A stretch of DNA of 62,988 nt, filler included, from Babesia bigemina (lineage: Eukaryota), in assembly GCF_000981445.1 (NCBI RefSeq). It is 9 parts of 9 records of this genome, joined end to end, with 100 filler letters (N's around TTAATTAATTAA, not from the genome) between each part and the next. Parts side by side here need not be neighbours in the genome. Positions count along the whole stretch, not along the records: positions 56,669 to 59,933 come from NW_012237261.1; positions 60,034 to 62,988 come from NW_012237262.1; 7 more parts are not named here. One strand, written 5' to 3'. Below the pieces are notes generated by a model. The model saw only the letters and a list, made by a program, of their open reading frames with translations. It had not been told where the DNA came from and searched no databases. This document shows, in pieces, positions 56,669 to 62,988 of this stretch. Position 1 is the stretch's first letter. Every line of letters starts with the position of its first letter. A program made the translations under genes and the position numbers.

Positions 56669-59600
56669 GGCGATGTGAGTGGGTTAGGGAGCGATGTAGA
56701 GTGGGTAAAGGGGCGATGTAGAGTGGGTTAGGGAGCGATGAAGAGTGGGTAAGGGAGCGATGTAGAGTGGGTAAAGGGGCGATGTAGAGTGGGTAAAGGA
56801 GCGATGTGGAGTGGGTAAAGGGGCGATGTGGAGTGGATAAAGGGGCGATGTGGAGTGGATAAAGGGGCGATGTAGAGTGGATAAAGGGGCGATGTAGAGT
56901 GGGTTAGGGAGCGATGTGGAGTGGGTTAGGGAGCGATGTGGAGTGGGTAAAGGGGCGATGTATAGTGGGTAAAGGAGCGATGTGGAGTGGATAAAGGAGC
57001 GATGTAGAGTGGATAAGGAGCGATGTAGAGTGGATAAAGGGGCGATGTGGAGTGGGTTAAGAGGCGATGTAGAGTGGATTAAGGGGCGATGTAGAGTGGG
57101 TTAAGGGGCGATGTAGAGTGGGTTAAGGGGCGATGTGGAGTGGATTAGGGAGCGATGTGGAGTGGGTTAAAGAGCGATGTAGAGTGGGTAAAGGAGCGAT
57201 GTAGAGTGGGTTAGGGAGCGATGAAGAGTGGGTTAAGTAGCGATGTAGAGTGGGTTAAGGAGCGATGTAGAGTGGGTTAGGGAGCGATGTAGAGTGGGTT
57301 AAGGAGCGATGTAGAGTGGATAAAGGGGCGATGTAGAGTGGGTAAAGGGGCGATGTAGAGTGGAGTGTAAAGGAGCGATGTAGAGTGGATAAAGGGGCGA
57401 TGTAGAGTGGATAAGGGAGCGATGTAGAGTGGGTAAGGGAGCAGATGTAGAGTGGGTTAAGGAGCGATGTAGAGTGGTTAAGGGGCGATGTAGAGTGGGT
57501 AAAGGAGCGATGTAGAGTGGGTTAAGGGGCGATGTAGAGTGGGTTAGGGAGCGATGTAGAGTGGGTAAAGGAGCGATGTAGAGTGGGTTAGGGAGCGATG
57601 TAGAGTGGATAAGGGGCGATGTAGAGTGGATTAAGGGGCGATGTAGAGTGGGTTAAGGGGCGATGTAGAGTGGATTAGGGAGCGATGTGGAGTGGTTAAG
57701 GGGCGATGTAGAGTGGATAAAGGGGCGATGTAGAGTGGGTTAAGGGGCGATGTGGAGTGGATAAAGGAGCGATGTAGAGTGGGTTAGGGAGCGATGTGGA
57801 GTGGATAAGGGGCGATGTGGAGTGGGTAAAGGGGCGATGTGGAGTGGATAAAGGAGCGATGTAGAGTGGGTTAGGGAGCGATGTAGAGTGGATAAGGGAG
57901 CGATGTAGAGTGGATTAGGGAGCGATGTAGAGTGGGTTAAGGAGCGATGTAGAGTGGATAAAGGGGCGATGTAGAGTGGGTTAAGGAGCGATGTAGAGTG
58001 GGTAAAGGGGCGATGTAGAGTGGATTAAGGGGCGATGTAGAGTGGGTAAAGGGGCGATGTAGAGTGGGTAAGGGAGCGATGTAGAGTGGGTAAAGGGGCG
58101 ATGTAGAGTGGGTTAAGGGGCGATGTAGAGTGGGTTAAGGGGCGATGTAGAGTGGATAAGGGAGCGATGTAGAGTGGGTTAGGGGCGATGTAGAGTGGGT
58201 AAGGGAGCGATGTAGAGTGGATAAAGGGGCGATGTAGAGTGGATAAAGGGGCGATGTGGAGTGGATAAAGGGGCGATGTGGAGTGGATAAAGGGGCGATG
58301 TAGAGTGGATAAAGGGGCGATGTAGAGTGGTGAAAGGGGCGATGTAGAGTGGTTAAAGGGGCGATGTAGAGTGGGTAAGGGAGCGATGTAAGGTGGATAA
58401 ATGAGCGATGTAGAGTGGGTTAGGGAGCGATGTAGAGTGGGTAAAGGGGCGATGTAGAGTGGATAAAGGGGCGATGTGGAGTGGATAGAGGGGTGATGTA
58501 GAGTGGATAAGGGGCGATGTGGAGTGGATAAAGGGGCGATGTAGAGTGGGTAAGGGAGCGATGTAAGGTGGATAAATAGGCGATGTAGAGTGGGTTAAGG
58601 GGCGATGTAGAGTGGGTTAAGGGGCGATGTAGAGTGGGTTAAGGGGCGATGTAGAGTGGGTTAAGGGGCGATGAAGGGTGGGTTAAGGGGCGATGTAGAG
58701 TGGGTTAAGGGGCGATGAAGGGTGGGTTAGGGAGCGATGTAGAGTGGATAAAGGGGCGATGTGGAGTGGATAAGGGGCGATGTAGAGTGGATTAGGGAGC
58801 GATGTGGAGTGGATTAAGGGGCGATGTAGAGTGGGTAAAGGAGCGATGTAGAGTGGGTAAAGGGCGATGTAGAGTGGGTAAAGGAGCGATGTAGAGTGGG
58901 TATAGGGGCGATGTAGAGTGGGTAAAGGAGCGATGTAGAGTGGACAAAGGAGCGATGTAGAGTGGATAAGGGGCGATGTAGAGTGGATTAAGGAGCGATG
59001 TAGAGTGGGTAGAGGGGCGATGTAGAGTGGGTAAGGGAGCGATGTAGAGTGGATAAAGGAGCGATGTAGAGTGGATAAAGGAGCGATGTGGAGTGGATAG
59101 AAGAGCGATTAGAGGAGGTTAAGGGGCGATGTGGAGTGGATAAAGGGCGATGAAGCGTGGATAAAGGGCGATGTAGAGTGGATAAGGAGCGATGTGGAGT
59201 GGATAAAGGAGCGATGTAGAGTGGATAAGGAGCGATGTGGAGTGGATAAAGGAGCGATGTAGAGTGGATAAAGGGGCGATGGAGAGTGGGTTAAGGGGCG
59301 ATGTAGAGTGGATTAAGGGGCGATGTAAGGTGGAGTAAGGAGCGATGAAGAGTGGGTTAGGGAGCGATGTGGAGTGGGTAAAGGGGCGATGTGGAGTGGA
59401 TAAAAAGGCGATGTGGAGTGGATTAGGGAGCGATGTAGAGTGGGTAAGGGAGCGATGTAGAGTGGTTTAAGGGGCGATGTAGAGTGGATTAAGGGCGATG
59501 TAGAGTGGATAAGGGGCGATGTAAGGTGGAGTAAGGAGCGATGAAGAGTGGGTTAGGGAGCGATGTGGAGTGGGTAAAGGGGCGATGTGGAGTGGGTAAA

Positions 59601-59912
59601 GGGGCGATGTGGAGTGGATAAAAAGGCGATGTGGAGTGGATTAGGGAGCGATGTAGAGTGGGTTAAGGGGCGATGTAGAGTGGATTAAGGGCGATGTAGA
59701 GTGGATAAGGGGCGATGGAGAGTGGGTTAGGGAGCGGTGTAGAGTGGATAAAGGGGCGATGTAGAGTGGGTTAAGGGGCGGTGTAGAGTGGGTTAGGGAG
59801 CGATGTAGAGTGGATGAAGGAGCGATGTAGAGTGGACAAAGCAGCGATGAAAAGTGGGTAAAGGGGCGATAAGGGGGGTTAGGGAGCGATGTAGAGTGAT
59901 AAAGGGGCGATG
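56669..59912 (+). repeat. Long pure array of the 22-bp G-rich satellite (roughly 145-150 units)
   Basis: The whole contig is tandem variants of GGRGCGATGTRGAGTGGRTWAR. Confidence 0.98.
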
Positions 59913-60035
59913 AACGAATCAAGCTGTCATCGANNNNNNNNNNNNNNNNNNNNNNNNNNNNNNNNNNNNNNNNNNNNTTAATTAATTAANNNNNNNNNNN
60001 NNNNNNNNNNNNNNNNNNNNNNNNNNNNNNNNNTT

Positions 60036-62744
60036 TCGGGGAAGGTCGCCGAGGAACTAAAGCCCCTCCCCGGCGAGATCGACACCGACAGGAAACACGG
60101 CTTTAAGGGGTTCATGAGGACGTTGCAGGGGAAAATCGGAGAGAATGGTGAGACTTCGACTGACAATGTTGACAAACTCAAGGGTCTCATAGGTGAACTG
60201 TCAGCAAATGTGAATCACAAGGAGGCGTGCGCAAAATTGTCGCAAAAATTCAAACAGTTCTGGTCACCACTCCACGTCTACCTCAAAGAAGAGATCAAAC
60301 GCGTTCACGCAGCTAATAACGAGAAAACCAATCCCAAGCCGTCCGGAGAGGAACAGCTCTACACCTCCAAACTCGACGCTGCGAAAACCGCACTAAACAG
60401 CCTACTTGATCACATCTATAAGAGCAACCGCTATAACCACGAAGTGCCCGCCATGCTTGACAGTCTCTCCACTAAAGTCGATGGTCTGCACCCCAAGACA
60501 TTCAATGAACCGAGCACTCCCCTGCTTGACGGCGTTGGCAAGGGGCTGCGTGAGTTTGCGGCTGTACTGAGGAAGGCGTACGTGAGTAGGTATGACGGAG
60601 GTGCTACAATTAAAAGATGGACACATAAAGAAACTGGAGAAATTGAGTTGACGCCCAATGGCCGAAATGGCGCTAAGGTCTGCCTGCACGTGCTATCCAT
60701 CTTGCATACGGAATTAAACAGATTGGTGAAGTATTGTCAGTCATCTACCAGAAGTGAACAAATAAATAAATCGACCATTGTTGGCGAATTCTTCTTCGAC
60801 CAAGGCTACGATGTTTCGGACTCTGGCGAGCAGAATGGTGAATTGCAAGACCACAAGAGGATGACAGTGTTCTTCATCTACAAACGTCTTTTCCGAGATG
60901 ATGACAGACATATTTTTAAAGACATTAAGAGAAATGGCTCTCTTCAAAAACTTCACGACTGCCTACAAACGTACTACAAGGTTGGCCACGTCGCCACTTT
61001 TGCCGCCAAGAGACGCCCGTGTAGCATCTTCGAAATGCTGTGCTGGCTGTCTGGTCTGCAGTGCACCGCTGTTTATGAAGAGCTTTTAAATGACAGTCTA
61101 AGTGACTTGTTCATAGATCCAAAGAGTCAGGTCACCGACGGTGAATTGTCGGCAGCGGTCGGCGTTGAACCCGTGAAGGCATATCCACAGGCGATGGAGT
61201 ATGACGGCACACGCGCGGCAATAGAACATCTTTGCTCCACGGCATATGACCTTTTAGTTTACATCCTCGGCACCGGAAACGCGCATACCATGTACGCTTC
61301 TGACTTCTCTAACAACTCACTCGGCTTTCATTATCCGACTTCCGGTGAGGATTGCCTAGGCATGTTCATGGACGTCCTCAGTAGGCTATTGCCACCGCTG
61401 CAATTCATGTACAGCCGATGTACGCTCAGCGTTCAGCACGGTGGCTGGCAAGAATGCGAGTACGGCAAAAACATAAGGACAACCAAATGGCCATGCAAAG
61501 AGCATATTACCGACGAAGTAGCGTGCCGACCAAATGACCAACCAAAGTGCCAACCAACGTCCCCCTTAATGTCGTACCTTAACGATTGCTTACCTGGTCA
61601 CTTACCACACCAATTGAGTTCCATCGGCTGTAAATACGATTGCGCCAGCTGCCCGTCTACTTCGAGAAAAGGCCAGCCCTGCATAACGCCACTTGGTTTC
61701 CGAGGCTTTTCAGGAAGCACGAAGACAGGCAAAGACCTGTGTGCTATCCTGAGCAAAATCATCGAGAATAAACATCTCGCATCGCTATTCTGCCTTGTTA
61801 CCAAACCGCCAAAAACGTTGCCAGAACACTTCGGTTTTGCGTTATCATTGGTTAAGGGATGGTCGAATATTTCTAAGTTACAGAACAAAAACGTACCTAA
61901 TGTCAGTTTCCAATCAGCGTTTGAAGCATCCGTTCGCGGCTTATCTATTGATCTATATTCAGAACCCTATGAGTTAACCAAATCGTTAACAAAAGCGTAC
62001 GGCTCGCAGTCCGTTTTCCATGAAGATTGCAAGCATCCGCACCTTGTCAATTTCACTAGCTCAGATATATGTCGTTATGATATTGCGGACGTGACCTGCG
62101 CTCCCTATCTTCAATCGCTATGCGCAAATTCATATGAATACATGGCCATCAAACACTGTGACCTGTACCTATCGTGGGCCATATACCTCTCATGGGATTT
62201 CTGGCGATTGCTGAACAATTTGTACAACGACTTCTGCAACATATTCTGTGCCGATTGGGGTTGCCGCGGCTGCTTGAGAGGCGATACGTGCAAGAAAGGA
62301 TCGCATGGTCTTACTGACGAAAAAAGCGGGAACCCACGTTGCCAGTGTTCATCAATAGTGGATTGTAAAGGCGTGTCACCGACGCTGTACCGATATGGAT
62401 TCAGTTTCTGTGACGCTGTCAAATTGAATGATGATAAATATAAAAAGAAGTGTTCCGATTTCTGCAGTCAGTTAAACAAAATGTTAACTTCACAATATTT
62501 CAAAGACCTGTTCACCGAGTGTGACAACTTCATTTGGACCATCAGACAACCTTTCATCTGGCTCAACGTCGCACTCTGGTCACTCTCCCTCTTCTACCTC
62601 ATCTGCGTAATGGTTGGCAGACTGGATGTCCTCCACATCAAATCACATTTACATAGTCCCTCGAGTCATCGCATAGCTGCTCAATCACTACTCGCCGCCG
62701 GACGCGTTAACAAGCTTAACAGGGTGTTTTACCTGCAGCCATAA
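60036..62744 (+). CDS. ves1-like antigen, 3' half (5'-truncated by the gap; ...RVFYLQP tail type)
   Basis: Open from the contig start; FEMLCWLSGL, SPLMSYLNDCLPGHLPH, TM and tail. Confidence 0.88.
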   Translation, partial: SGKVAEELKPLPGEIDTDRKHGFKGFMRTLQGKIGENGETSTDNVDKLKGLIGELSANVNHKEACAKLSQKFKQFWSPLHVYLKEEIKRVHAANNEKTNPKPSGEEQLYTSKLDAAKTALNSLLDHIYKSNRYNHEVPAMLDSLSTKVDGLHPKTFNEPSTPLLDGVGKGLREFAAVLRKAYVSRYDGGATIKRWTHKETGEIELTPNGRNGAKVCLHVLSILHTELNRLVKYCQSSTRSEQINKSTIVGEFFFDQGYDVSDSGEQNGELQDHKRMTVFFIYKRLFRDDDRHIFKDIKRNGSLQKLHDCLQTYYKVGHVATFAAKRRPCSIFEMLCWLSGLQCTAVYEELLNDSLSDLFIDPKSQVTDGELSAAVGVEPVKAYPQAMEYDGTRAAIEHLCSTAYDLLVYILGTGNAHTMYASDFSNNSLGFHYPTSGEDCLGMFMDVLSRLLPPLQFMYSRCTLSVQHGGWQECEYGKNIRTTKWPCKEHITDEVACRPNDQPKCQPTSPLMSYLNDCLPGHLPHQLSSIGCKYDCASCPSTSRKGQPCITPLGFRGFSGSTKTGKDLCAILSKIIENKHLASLFCLVTKPPKTLPEHFGFALSLVKGWSNISKLQNKNVPNVSFQSAFEASVRGLSIDLYSEPYELTKSLTKAYGSQSVFHEDCKHPHLVNFTSSDICRYDIADVTCAPYLQSLCANSYEYMAIKHCDLYLSWAIYLSWDFWRLLNNLYNDFCNIFCADWGCRGCLRGDTCKKGSHGLTDEKSGNPRCQCSSIVDCKGVSPTLYRYGFSFCDAVKLNDDKYKKKCSDFCSQLNKMLTSQYFKDLFTECDNFIWTIRQPFIWLNVALWSLSLFYLICVMVGRLDVLHIKSHLHSPSSHRIAAQSLLAAGRVNKLNRVFYLQP

Positions 62745-62868
62745 TCGTACTCACGTGTCTACTACCTACACTCACCTAGCATCACCTACTCACCTAACTT
62801 ATGAATTGTGCTTTAATCTATTGTATCACTCATTAATCGTTGTATGTGATTGTGTAATAGTTAACTAA

Positions 62869-62988
62869 AGTGTTGACCAATGCCATGATCAAAGTGGTGA
62901 CCAAGCACCTGACCAAGGTGCTGACCAATGCCACGACCAAGGTGCTGACCAAGGTGCTGACCAACGTGTTGACCAAAGTGATGCCCAA
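62869..62988 (+). repeat. 12-mer array starting the next satellite cassette
   Basis: GTGCTGACCAAG variants after the conserved 3' flank. Confidence 0.9.

Overview
Eukaryotic, intron-containing DNA that looks like a Babesia (piroplasm) draft assembly. The ves-like C-termini and MTSIN...CHCPDH leaders resemble, from memory, B. ovata/B. bigemina-type genes. The window is nine separate contigs joined by eight artificial 100-nt N/TTAATTAATTAA/N linkers, so adjacency across gaps means nothing. It contains: six large ves1-like variant surface antigen genes or fragments, most embedded in an ordered satellite cassette (12-mer, 20-mer, 22-mer arrays); one chromosome end (CCCTAAA telomere plus a 22-bp subtelomeric satellite); a housekeeping block (BTB protein, Sde2, PRELI, YGGT, Dph3, Der/EngA, probable POLD3); and a small Cys-rich membrane protein with duplicated TM tails. 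The standout is an intact 1347-aa non-LTR retrotransposon (RT + CCHC + restriction-like endonuclease, R4/Dong-like) about 5 kb from the telomere. Its structured 5' end is fused to a ves gene leader and satellite, although piroplasms are generally described as lacking mobile elements.
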